In this document: positions 19,692 through 30,147 of the stretch, one piece after another
Numbering within the stretch: position 1 is the first letter of the stretch
How the letters are laid out: each line of letters opens with the position of its first letter
NCBI GenBank assembly: GCA_963667465.2
Contig: CAXXDN010000002.1
Span: 448,001-512,000 of the forward strand
Direction: 5' to 3'
DNA: 64,000 nt
Source of the DNA: Dehalococcoidia bacterium
GTDB lineage: Bacteria; Chloroflexota; Dehalococcoidia; UBA2979
Translations under genes and position numbers: made by a program
The notes under the pieces: model-generated
What the model was told of the DNA's origin: nothing
Databases searched by the model: none
What the model saw: the letters and a program-made list of their open reading frames with translations, nothing else

Positions 19692-20720
19692 TCAACCCGG
19701 GTCGCCGCGGGCGGGCTCCTCGGGGCGTGCGCTGCCGCTGCGGAAGACCTCGCGGGGGCGGAGGCTCAACGCCAGCATGGCCACGGCGCCGCTCAGCGTG
19801 ATCCAGCCGAGCAGCACGAGGTGCGAACCGACCGCATAGGCGCTCGCGTCCACGCGATCGCCGCCGAGCAGGACGAACGCCTCGGTCACTGCGATCTCGT
19901 ACGGGCCGACGTCCCAGGGTGTCAGCGGCAGGGAGACGATGAGATTGGCGGCGATCATCAGCACGATCGCCTCGCCGGCGCCCAGCTCGAAGCCGAACGC
20001 CCGGCCGAGCATCCAGTAGACCGCGACCTCCGCCAGCCAGGCGACGATCGAGACGACCAGCGCCCCGGCGATGCGGTGCAGGTCGCGCAACGAACTCATG
20101 CCCTCAAGGAACTGCCGCGTGTACTGCGCCCCGCGTCCGTGCCAGCGATCGGGCAGCCAGCGCAGCAGGGCGGAACGCTCCGGATCCTCGGGCACGCCGA
20201 GCCGCGCGAGCCAGCTCAGGCCGAGGAAGACGACCAGGACCATGACCGCGAAGAAGACCAGCGCAGGCAGGGCGACGACCAGGTCGCCGAAGAGCGCCAC
20301 GGCGGCGAGCAGCAGCAGCACGAACGCCAGCCCGTCGAAGATCGTCTCCACGATCAGCACGCTGCTGACGAGCTCGGCGCGCGGCAGCTTGAGCATCCGG
20401 CTCGGCAGCTCGATGCGCAGCAGATCGCCCGCGCGGAACGGCACGAGGGCGTTCGCCAGGTTCGAGGCGAGGAAGATCCCGAACAGCGGCGCCAGCGGCG
20501 CCTCGCGGTGCTGCAGGAAGACGCGCCAGCGGTAGGCGTGGATCGCCTTCGAGAGCGTGAAGGTCGCCATTCCTGCCAGGATCCAGCCGGGCCGTACGTC
20601 CGGCAGGTGCCGGAAGCCCTCGACGATGTCGACTCGCCAGATGAGGAGCGCGAGCGAGATCGCGATCAGCGGCAGTTGAATGGCGACGAGACGTCGGTGG
20701 CGCCCGATGTACCTCAGCAC
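19692..20720 (-). CDS. Lysylphosphatidylglycerol synthase TM-domain (flippase-like, UPF0104) protein
   Basis: 'RW', 'N..VPFRAGDLLR', 'E.IFD' and 'G.YE' motifs in a multi-TM protein. Confidence 0.85.
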   Translation of the reverse strand: MLRYIGRHRRLVAIQLPLIAISLALLIWRVDIVEGFRHLPDVRPGWILAGMATFTLSKAIHAYRWRVFLQHREAPLAPLFGIFLASNLANALVPFRAGDLLRIELPSRMLKLPRAELVSSVLIVETIFDGLAFVLLLLAAVALFGDLVVALPALVFFAVMVLVVFLGLSWLARLGVPEDPERSALLRWLPDRWHGRGAQYTRQFLEGMSSLRDLHRIAGALVVSIVAWLAEVAVYWMLGRAFGFELGAGEAIVLMIAANLIVSLPLTPWDVGPYEIAVTEAFVLLGGDRVDASAYAVGSHLVLLGWITLSGAVAMLALSLRPREVFRSGSARPEEPARGDPG

Positions 20721-20840
20721 GCGAATCAGGATAGGCCTCTTGCGTTACATGCGCCCCTCGGACGTCCTCGGGGCGCTCGGGAGGCAGCGCGGCCGGCCTG
20801 CTATCGTGCGCGCGGCGGGGGCGAGACGGGGGCAAGACGA

Positions 20841-21611
20841 GTGGCGGTTCCTCGGACCTGCTTCGCCACGACCGACGGACGCCTCGTGCCCACCGTCTCC
20901 GTCGAGGAGATGCGCGAGATCGACCGCATCGCTGTCGAGGAGACCGGTCCCGGGCTGCTGCAGATGATGGAGCACGCCGGGCTCGAGTTGGCCCGCGCGG
21001 CGCTCGCGATGCTTGGCGAGCACTGGCCGCACGCACGGGTCGTGGTCCTCGCCGGCAACGGCGGCAACGGCGGCGGCGGGCTCTGCGCCGCGCGCCTGCT
21101 GGCGAGCCGCGGCGTCGAGGTGCTCGCGGTGACGATCGCCCGCCCCTCGAGGGCGAGCGACGCCGTCGCGGCGCAGCTGCGGTTGCTGCACGAGTCACCG
21201 GCCCGCGTCATCGCCTGGTCCGACGCCTTCGACATCGGCGAGGCGGATCTGGTGGTCGACGCGGTCGTCGGCTACGGGCTGCGCGAGGCGCCGACCGGGC
21301 CGGTGATGGCGCTGGTCCGCGCGGCGCAGGCCGCCACCGCGCCCGTGCTCTCCCTCGATGTGCCCTCGGGCGTCGACGCGGACAGCGGCGAGACGCCCGG
21401 CTTCGCCGTGCGAGCGACGCGCACGCTCACGCTGGCGCTGCCGAAGCCCGGGCTCCGCCGCGAGCAGGCGGGCGACCTGTGGCTCGCTGACCTCGGCATC
21501 CCGCCCGGCGTCTTCGCGCGCGCCGGCCTCGCCTTCGACTCGCGGTTCGGGCCACACTTCGGCCCGGCCACGCAGATCCGGCTGCGCTACCCGGACGAGG
21601 TGGAGGGCTGA
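20841..21611 (+). CDS. nnrE: NAD(P)H-hydrate epimerase (stand-alone YjeF_N)
   Basis: 'MREIDR', 'MMEHAG', 'GNGGNGGGG', 'VDAVVGYG', 'LDVPSG', 'LADLGIP'. Start (GTG 20841) is approximate. Confidence 0.88.
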   Translation: MAVPRTCFATTDGRLVPTVSVEEMREIDRIAVEETGPGLLQMMEHAGLELARAALAMLGEHWPHARVVVLAGNGGNGGGGLCAARLLASRGVEVLAVTIARPSRASDAVAAQLRLLHESPARVIAWSDAFDIGEADLVVDAVVGYGLREAPTGPVMALVRAAQAATAPVLSLDVPSGVDADSGETPGFAVRATRTLTLALPKPGLRREQAGDLWLADLGIPPGVFARAGLAFDSRFGPHFGPATQIRLRYPDEVEG

Positions 21612-22900
21612 CGGTCCTCGGAGGCGGCTTGAGCGTGCCGGAGCGGCTTTGATAGGCTGAAGGTCACTCGGCGGCGCATTCGTCTAGTGGCCCAGGACAT
21701 CGCCCTCTCAAGGCGAAGATCGCGGGTTCGAATCCCGCATGCGCCACCAACACGTACCGAACTCATAACTCGGCCTGAGAGAGCGACCTCGGCGGCGTTC
21801 GCGCCCCCGAGGGGACCGTCCGGCGGAGTCGGCATCGTGTAGTGGATGGTGGCCTGTCCGGGCCGCACCAGGATCGCCTGCACGAAGGAGCGCACGAACG
21901 CCCGCGTCTCCGTAATCTCGCTGGTGCGCAGGAACTCGCTCATCTCATCCGCTAAGGCCGCCACCGTCTCCGCGCTGTCCAGCAGCACCCGCCGCTCGGC
22001 CAGCATCGCCCGCGCCTCGTCCGCTGAGACCTCCAGCTGCCGCTGCCGCTCGCGGTGTTCCTGGATGCGCTCCGAGGCGTCGGCCAGATCGAGGTTGGTG
22101 TTCTCCACCACCTGCCAGACGCGGCCCAGCTTGCGCCGCACCTCCTCCAGCTCCGCCTCGATGCTCTCCAGCTTCTCGCGCTGCTCGCGCGCCACCCCGT
22201 CCATCTCCTCGTCGAGCAACCGCACGAGGTCGCAGATGTTGGACTCGGTGAGGATGTGGTCGCGCAGCTGCCCGATGATCGTCTCCTCGAAGCGCCGCGC
22301 GTTGAGCCTCGGCGTGACGCAGGCCTCCTTGCCGCGCTTGAGCAGCGACTGGCAGACGTAGTAGGCGTACTTGCCGCTCTTCGCCTCGGCGGCGGTGAGG
22401 TTGCGCCCGCAGCTCTCGCAGCGCACGAGCCCGCTCAGCAGGTAGGGGCTGGAGACGCGCCTCGGGTGTTCCACGTTCGGCGCGCGCGAGCGCAGCAACT
22501 CCTGCACGCGCTCGAACTCCTCCGCGCTCACGATTGCCGGCACGGCGCCCTCGACGCGCACGGGTGGGGCCTTGCCCTTGCTCCGCTTTCCCCAGACGAG
22601 CGTGCCCTTGTAGGCCTCGTTGCCGAGCATCCCATGCACGGTGTTCTTCAACCACCTGCCGCCGTTGCGGGTGGGGATGCCCTCGGCGTTGAGGGTGCGC
22701 ACGATGTCGAGCACGCTCTGGCCTGCGAGCGCCATCGTGAAGATGCGCCGCACGACGGCGTCGGAGGGTGGGTCGAGTTCCAGCTTCGGGCGCTCCTTGG
22801 CGCCGTCCTGCACGCGCACCTTCTTGTAGCCGTAGGGCGCGTAGGTCGAGACCCAGAAGCCGCGCGAGGCGGCTTCGCGCATCCCGCGCGTCACTTCGTC
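21587..22900 (-). pseudogene. Large serine recombinase lacking the catalytic N-terminal domain; ORF reads through antisense tRNA-Glu
   Basis: Begins at 'EVTRGMREAASRGFW…APYGY', with recombinase domain, 'YLLSGLVRCESCG' and 'YYVC'. Paralog of 9583-10438. Confidence 0.87.
21673..21749 (+). tRNA. tRNA-Glu(CTC)
   Basis: GGCGCATTCGTCTAGTGG…TCGCC CTCTCAA GGCGA…GGTTCGAATCCC…TGCGCCACCA. Confidence 0.96.
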
Positions 22901-22931
22901 ACGACCGCAAGCAACCGAAAGGAACGGAACC

Positions 22932-24713
22932 ATGGACCTGGCTGAGTTCATCGATACGTACCGGGACGCCATTGCCCGGCGGGTAGTGGAGTCCTACCCG
23001 CCACGCTACCGGCCCTCCGAGCAGGGCCGCACGCTCCCCCACCTGCTGCGCACCCCGCTGGGCGCGCAGGCCGACGCCATCCGCGGCGCGGCGCTCTCGC
23101 TTGAGGCGCAGCGCGGCACGACCGTCGTCGGGGAGATGGGCACGGGCAAGACCTTCATCGCGGCTTCAGCCGCCTACATGGCGGGCTTCGAGCGCGTGCT
23201 CGTGCTTTGCCCGCCGCATCTCACCCGCAAGTGGAAGCGCGAGGTCGAGGAGACGGTGCCCGGCGCCCGCGCCGCCATCGTCGCCTCGATCACCGACCTC
23301 GAGCGGCTGCGTACCGTGACCGCCACCGGCCCGCTCTTCGCGATCATGTCGCGCGAGCGCGCCAAGCTCTCCTACCGCTGGCAGCCCGCCGTGGTGGAGC
23401 GCTGGGCCACCACCGCCCGTGGGCTCGTGCGCCACGAGGAGACGGGCGAGCCGTTCCAGATGCCGTGCTGCCCGGACTGCCACGCGCAGATCGTCGACAA
23501 GGACGGGGTGCCGCTGCTCGCTCGCGACCTCGCCCGCCGCAAGCGCCGGTGCGCGGAGTGCGGCGCGGCGCTCTGGCAGGCCGACCGCTCCGGACCGAAG
23601 CGTTACCCGCTCAGCGACTACGTGAAGCACCGCCTGCGGGGCTTCTTCGAGCTGCTGATCGGCGACGAAATCCACGAGTTCAAGGCGCGAGGTTCCGCCC
23701 AGGGCATCGCCGCCGGCGTCCTCGCCGATACCTGCGGCAAGTCCCTCTCCCTGAGCGGCACCTTGATGGGAGGGTATTCCTCCACGCTCTTCCACCTGCT
23801 CTACCGGTTCTCCCCGGAGATCCGGGGGGAGTTCGGGCGCTCCGAGGAGAGCCGCTGGATCGAGCGCTACGGCTTCGTCGAGCGCACCATCGGGCGCGAC
23901 GACCCCGACTCCTTCGAGGACGGGCGCACGAGCCGCCGCAAGCGCTACCGCAAGATCGTGCGGGAGCGGCCGGGGCTCGCCCCCGCCGCCCTCTTCCACC
24001 TGATCGGCAACAGCGTCTTCCTGCGGCTCGCCGACGTCGCCTCGGGCCTCCCGCCCTACGAGGAGCGCGTGCTGCTCTCCTCGATGGACGCGGAGCCAGG
24101 CGCTGACGGGCTCTCGCAGCGCTCGGGCTACGACGAGCTCTACGGGACGCTGCGGGCGGCGCTCGCCGACGCGCTCGCGAAGGGCTCGCGGCGGCTGCTC
24201 GCCACCTACCTGCAGACGCTGCTCGCCTACCCCGACGGCTGCACACAGGGCGAGACGGTCTTCGACCCGGAGACTGCGGACGTGCTCGTGCAGGTGCCGC
24301 CCCTCCCCGAGGACGGCCTCGCTGCCTACGGGGACGACGGCGACGACCTGCTGCTGGCCCTGGCGAGGAAGATCGTCGCGGGCGAGGAGGACGACGGCTC
24401 GGTCGAGTCGGTCTTCGAACAGGCCCGGCAGGTCGCGGCGGAGGCCGAGGCGCTGCTGGTCGACGAGGGCTGGCACGCGCCCGAGCCGGAGCCTGCGGTC
24501 GTAGAGGCCGAGGCTGTGACGGTCGCGAGCGAAGACCGCGAGGAAGCGCCCGCGACGCAGCGGACGCTGTTCTCGTGGGCGGAGTTCATGGCGGACACGC
24601 CGGATGAGCCGCTACCGCCCCGGGGTCGCCGCCACGACGAGGCCCCAACGCTCTCACTCTTCGAGTGGGCGCTGGAGCGGGAGCACGAGGGGGTGCTATC
24701 GGGAGCGGCCTGA
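22932..24713 (+). pseudogene. SNF2/DEAD-like helicase of integrative elements with in-frame loss of the Helicase_C domain
   Basis: Walker A 'GEMGTGKT', 'DEIHE', 'SGT' and a Zn-finger insert are present. No motif IV-VI domain lies between 'VPPLPED' and the C-terminal tail. Confidence 0.72.
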
Positions 24714-24724
24714 TAGGGCAATGC

Positions 24725-24762
24725 GGAGAGGAGGGGCACCACAAGCGGTGCCCCTCCTCTCC
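24725..24762. terminator. 16-bp perfect hairpin between convergent genes
   Basis: ggagaggaggggcacc-acaagc-ggtgcccctcctctcc. Confidence 0.7.
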
Positions 24763-24841
24763 TCGCCCCTGTGTGTGGCTTCTCGTGCGTTAACGGGCAG
24801 CCGCGGCAGTGGCCTATGGATCGCAGCCCGAGCCCCTGTGG

Positions 24842-25531
24842 TCACCCGATTTGCAGGCCCAGTACGGCGAGTGCGCGAGTGACGTCCGGGTCGTCGGGCC
24901 GGACCGGTTCGGTACTGAATGAACGCAAAGGTGCGGGCGTGTCCGCCGCCGGTTCGAAGATGGCCCAGTTGGATGTCCCGTCGTCGAGGCGCGACTGGTA
25001 GCGGATGCCGGCGAGCGGCTCGACTCCTTCGGTGCGGCACTCGTAGACGAGCCGGGAGACCTCCTGCGTGAAGCGGCGGGGAGCGGTGAGGCGAATCCCG
25101 GCTGCATCAATGTCCGGGAGCCCGTGATGGATGCCCCTGTCCGCCAGGCGCGAGCGCAGCACCGACAGCGAGGCAGCCGCGCCGATGTCGGCGTAGGTTC
25201 CAACGAGTTCAGCCACGCCCATGAGCCGGTGCTCGAACCACTCGCACGGGACCGTTCCGGCTGCAACCGGCTCGTCATCGCCCTCGATTTCGCGGAGCCC
25301 TGCCACAACCTCGAGGTCGGGGCGAAACGGTGCGAGCGTCTCGATCAGCGCTCCGAAGCGCGCCGTGCTGGCGTACAGAACACGGTAGAACCCCAGCGGA
25401 TCGTCCCAGCGATTGCCGAAGGTGCCGTCGTGGCCAGCCTGGCTCCAGTCGGGCCACGCCCAGGGTTCGGGAGCGCGGGCGAGACGGAAGACCGGACCGG
25501 CGGGGGTCACGGTCTCGAGGCCGCAGCTCAT
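24842..25531 (-). CDS. RES-domain toxin
   Basis: R ('GNRWDDP…VLYA'), E ('ALIETLA'), S ('GIRYQSR…NWAIFE'). Start overlaps the antitoxin stop. Confidence 0.88.
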   Translation of the reverse strand: MSCGLETVTPAGPVFRLARAPEPWAWPDWSQAGHDGTFGNRWDDPLGFYRVLYASTARFGALIETLAPFRPDLEVVAGLREIEGDDEPVAAGTVPCEWFEHRLMGVAELVGTYADIGAAASLSVLRSRLADRGIHHGLPDIDAAGIRLTAPRRFTQEVSRLVYECRTEGVEPLAGIRYQSRLDDGTSNWAIFEPAADTPAPLRSFSTEPVRPDDPDVTRALAVLGLQIG

Positions 25532-25920
25532 CCGCCGGACAGGAAGGCGCGCGCGGCGGCGATCACATCGGGGCCTACCTCGTCGAGGTCGCCTTCGCGG
25601 AGCAGTCGCAGTGGTGAGCGGTCGTCGAGCTGGGGGTTCAGCCCCTGGAACCAGGCCTGCGCGACGGCCGCCGAGTCGGCAGCGGCGATCGGAGCAGCGG
25701 CCTGCAGAGCGGTGCGAAGGCGTCGTTCCACATCGGCACTCGGTCTACGCGAGCCGTCCGCCCACTGGTGGACAGCGCGCGTCTCCTTGACCGATCCGAG
25801 GTACGCACAGAGCTTGGCGCCGAGGATTTCGCGCACATCGCGGACCACTTCCGGGAACGTGGAGCGGGTTGCGCGCACATGAGCTTCGTAGTCCGGACGG
25901 GCAACAGGGGTCGTCGTCAC
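25528..25920 (-). CDS. Xre/MbcA-like antitoxin
   Basis: HTH region plus C-terminal 'QAWFQGLNPQLDDRSPLRLL'; GAGGAGG SD. Confidence 0.85.
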   Translation of the reverse strand: MTTTPVARPDYEAHVRATRSTFPEVVRDVREILGAKLCAYLGSVKETRAVHQWADGSRRPSADVERRLRTALQAAAPIAAADSAAVAQAWFQGLNPQLDDRSPLRLLREGDLDEVGPDVIAAARAFLSGG

Positions 25921-25944
25921 TGGCCACCTCCTCGGCTCAAGGAG

Positions 25945-25953
25945 AGTATACCA
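25945..25953 (-). promoter_or_regulatory. Extended -10 promoter (TGGTATACT) of the Xre-RES operon
   Basis: TGn-TATACT about 25 nt upstream of the GTG start. Confidence 0.55.
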
Positions 25954-26323
25954 TCACTATCCCGGCATGAATCACGCTACGATCACACCCAGCGGAGGGG
26001 CGGCCGGCGGGGCGGCCTCTCCCCCTCCGCGCTCCATGTGCGCGGCCCTTCCGGCGTTGAGCGGGAGCCGGGGTCGCAAGCGTCTCCACCCTGGATGCCG
26101 ATCATCGACGCGGGGCCGCCTCCCTTACCACATGTTCGATCCCCCGTGGTCGTCTGGTGGCGCGGGCTGTAGGCGAGGGCCCGCCTCGTTGAGCAGGCGA
26201 CCGGTACCGGCACGGGGTTTGTCAGGATACCGGGAAGATCCCCAATACCATGGCGGGTGCGCCGACAGGAGCATCGGTGGAGCGCCAGGCGGCCCGGCGA
26301 GGACGCGCATGCCTCGGCGGCGG

Positions 26324-29300
26324 CTAGTCGTCGTCGGTGATGGTGCCGGTGGCGTAGACGAAGTAGCCGGGGATGGTTATGCCGCTCGTGGCGTACACGT
26401 ACACGTTGAGCGTCTCGTCCCCCTCGACGGTGCTGTCATCGATGACCGGCACGACGATGTCGAGGCTGGTAGCGCCAGCAGCGAGGGTGAACGCCTTGTA
26501 CTCGAGGGTGAAGTCCTGGCCCGCTGACGCGGTCCTGCCGAACCCGCCGTAGCGGAAGGTGATGGCCTGCGAATGCGCATGCGAGAGCGTCACGACGAAG
26601 CGCAGGCCTTCCGCTGCCTCGCTGGCGGAAGCGTCGCTCACGCTCACCGTCGGCGGACCGGTCGGCGGCGTTGGCGGCGGTGGGTCGTCGTCGTCGGCCA
26701 CGGCGACCGTCGCAGTGGCGTTCGAGGTCGAGACGGTGTAGCCGGTGCCCGTGCTGACCGTGGCGGTCACCGAGCCGTCGGGCTCGTCGGTGCTGTCGTT
26801 GGTGGTGGCGACGGTGAAGGTGGCGCTGCCCGTCGTCGAGATGGTGACGGTGCGCGAGCCCTCCTGGGCGAAGTCGCCGCTCTGGGACACCTCGACCCTC
26901 ACATCGAGGTCGGCCGCGGGGGCTGGAGTGGCGGTGACGGTGAACGTCGCGGCGCTGCCCTCGGTGATGCCGCTTCCTGCGGCGATGCTGATCTCCGGCA
27001 CGTCGTCGTCAGCCACGGCCACCGTCGCGGCGCCGTCCGTGGACGAGACGGTGTAGCCCGTCCCCGTGTCGATCGTCGCGGTCACCGAGCCGTCGGGCTC
27101 GTCGGCGCTGTCGTTGGTGGTGGCGACGGTGAAGGTGGCGCTGCCCGTCGTCGAGATGGTGACCGTGCGCGAGCCCGCCTGAGCGTAGTCGCCGCTCTGG
27201 GACACCTCGATCGTCACGTCGAGGTCGGCCGCGGGGGCTGGGTTGGCGGTGATGGTGAACTTCGCGGCGCCGCCCTCGGTGACGCCGCTGCCTGCGGCGA
27301 TGCTGATCTCCGGCGTGGGGGGCGGCGTCTGGGCTGGTTGGGTCTGGGCTGGCTGCGCCGACGCTGTCTCGAGGCACTCCAGCGCCTCGATCACCGGGTC
27401 CCACTGGCCGGTCGACCAGCCGTTCTGGCTACGACGCTCGTAGATCTCCTCGACCTCCGAGAGCGCGATGGCGTCCTGCTGGCCGGTCAGCGCGTTCTTC
27501 ACCCGCGTCCAGCGTTCGACGCCGGCCGTGGAGCCGGACGCCGCGATCCGCGCATCGACGTCGGCCAGCAGGGCGTTGGAGACGCAGGCCTGCTCCGCCT
27601 CCTGTGGCGAGGCCTGCGCGCTGGCGCTCAGCGCGTCGCTGCCCGGCCCGACGGCCGCCGTCGCGGTGGCGGCGAGGGCGGCGAGCTGCTGCGTGTCGCC
27701 GTTGTCGTCGACGTGCTCCGGCGTCACCGTGACTGTCAGCGTCATGGCCACCGTGGCGTCGTGCTGGATGGTCGCCGAGGTACCCGTCACGCCGGGCAGG
27801 TCGCCGGCGCTCGCGCTCAGCGAGTCGCTGCTCTCGGCCGACCAGGACACGTCGTAGGACGTGGCGTGCGGGACTGCGTCCCATGTGACCGAGACGCTGG
27901 CGTCGTCCACCGCCGCCACTTGCAGGTTGGCGACCTGCTCAGTGGGCGCCGGAGCAGCCTGCGCCGGGGAGTTCTGCGGGGGAAGCGTGTTTTCGGTCAG
28001 GTAGGAGCAGTTTCTGCCGTAATTGAAATCCGAGTTGAAAATATGGACGCGAACCGTGTCCACCGTGACCTGCCGCAGGCCGCCACCGCTGGCGGTGTGC
28101 GTGATGTCGGCGCAGGTATTGGCGATGGTGCGCGAGGCGGGCTTACGGACCACCCAGACCTTGCGCCAGCATTCCCAGGGCGTGTCCGCCGTGTTGTCCC
28201 AGGTCTCGCTTCTCCTCCCGCCCGTCACTGGATAGAAGCGACCGTTGCTGTCGTGGTATTCGAACTCACTCCCTGCGTGCCAGTTGCTGCATCCCGTCCC
28301 TGCACCGGGACTCCCATCGTTGAACGTCACCGTCAGCGTGCCCGGCAGGTTGGTCGCCCAGGTCTGGTAGGCCGGTCCATCGAGGGGGTCGGACGGCCCG
28401 GTCAGCGATAGGCCGATCAGGTTCCGCTTGTCCGAAGCCACCGTCGCCGTCACCGTCACCGTGCCGCCCGGCTCCGGGCGGTTCGACAGGCGCAGAACGT
28501 AGGTCAACTCGTAGCCGGGGTACATGTTCCGAGCAGGCGTGAGTCCGTTCTGGGACATCACCGTGTTCGGCCGCCGCAGGAAGGGCACGGACGCGTTCGC
28601 CCGATCGTAGTCCCACCACGCCTCAAGCTCGGGTGCGTCGTCTACCTCTACCCGTACATTGCCCAGGGCCTGGTTCGAGTAGCCGCCGCCGTTGGCCGTG
28701 TGCGTCACCCTCATATCTGGCCGGTTGCGATGCGTATTGGCCTCGTCCGCGCCGGTCACGGTCACCTGCTGCGGGTTCATGTAATTCGCTGACGTGAATG
28801 TGAGCGTCGCCGGGCTGAAGTTCGCTGCGAATCTGTTCCCACCGTCCCTGCCAAGTGTGACGATGGTGTCCCCGCCCGATGGCGCGGTCGTCAGCCGCAC
28901 GCAATAGGTCGCGACGCCTTCGTTCTCGAGAATGCGACCAAGGTTGGTGGCACTGAAGACGGTGTTCTGCGCCGCGCACGCCGCCGGCGCGGCCTCGTCG
29001 TCGTCGATGGACAGCGAGACCACCGAGGATGCAGACACGACCTCGGCGCCGCCGCCCGTCACCACCGTGCCCGAACCCGTGCCGGTGACCAGTGAGAGCG
29101 TTGCGGTGAGCGTCTCGTCGACGGCGTCCCCGTCGTCGAGGTTCGCGATCGGGGTCAGCGTCACCGTCGCCGTCTGCACCGTGTTGGAGTCGGAGCCGGT
29201 GAACGTCAGCAGCGGCGTCGCGGACGTCTGATTGCTCAGCGCGACGCCGGTGCCCGTTGCGGTGATCGCGAAGTCCGGCGTCGCGTGACCGGGCAGCCGC

Positions 29301-30147
29301 GCGCCGGTGCTGGTGGCAAGCGTGATCCTCGCCACCAGCGACTCGCCGGCGATCAGGCCACGGCCCAGCGTCACCGTCAGCACCGCGGTGTTGGACGTGT
29401 CGCCCTCGCCCAGCTCCATGTCCGTCGCTGCGAGCGACACACCGGTCGCCTCATCGTCTGTGATCCGCACCTTCTCCGAGCCGGTGGTGCCCGACACCGT
29501 GTACGCGTCCGTGCTGCTGCAACCCGCCGTGCTGGAGACGACGGCCGTCACGGTGATGACGCTGTCGAGATCGTCCGCATTCGTGTCCGTCCAGGCCACA
29601 TCGATCGACCCCGACTGCACGCCCGCAAGGAAGCTCACCGTCTTGATGCCTTCGGCGGCCGCGGCGACCCGGTCGGCGTCGCCCGACTCAGCCACGTTGA
29701 CGCAGACGGTCAGATTCGCCGCCGGCTGCGCGTCCAGCGACAAGGGGAAGGAGACCGTTTCGTCCACCTCGGGCTTCTCGACCTCGCCGTCGGCATTGCG
29801 GTTCTCGCCCTCACCCACCATCAGCCGCACCGACACCTCGGGGGGCGTCTGCGCCTGTGCCTCCTCGGCGGGGTACGCCAGGAGCAGCGCCAGGCTGAGC
29901 AACGCCAGCAGCAGGCCGCAGGCCACGGCGCCGGATCGGCCGCCGGCGGAACCAGGCTCAGGTCGGGAGGCGGAGCGCCGGAGTCGAGCCGGCCTCAGTC
30001 GCTTCGGAGACTCAGCACGTATGTGCGGGGGGGGGGGGGTACGGCGAGCGTCGACGCCGTCGACACGCGACGGCTGGCAGCGGCGAGGGCGGCGCGGACC
30101 GCAGGCAGCCGGCGCAGCGCACTTCGCCCGTCGCTCAACCTGCGCAT
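26324..30147 (-). CDS. Large secreted adhesin-like protein (Calx-beta repeats, FN3-like domain); reading frame interrupted at a C13 tract
   Basis: Signal peptide ending 'AEEAQAQ'; Calx-beta 'ISIAAGSG.TEG..A.FT.TA…ND..DEPDGSVTAT…ADDD' twice plus a C-terminal copy. The SD-led ATG at 30147 is out of frame with the long ORF. Confidence 0.82.
26690..27315 (-). repeat. Tandem ~300-bp duplication (two Calx-beta units)
   Basis: Near-identical blocks at 26690-27000 and 27000-27315. Confidence 0.85.
30027..30039. repeat. G13/C13 homopolymer (candidate phase-variation tract)
   Basis: atgtgc-ggggggggggggg-tacgg, inside the 5' coding region of the adhesin. Confidence 0.85.
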
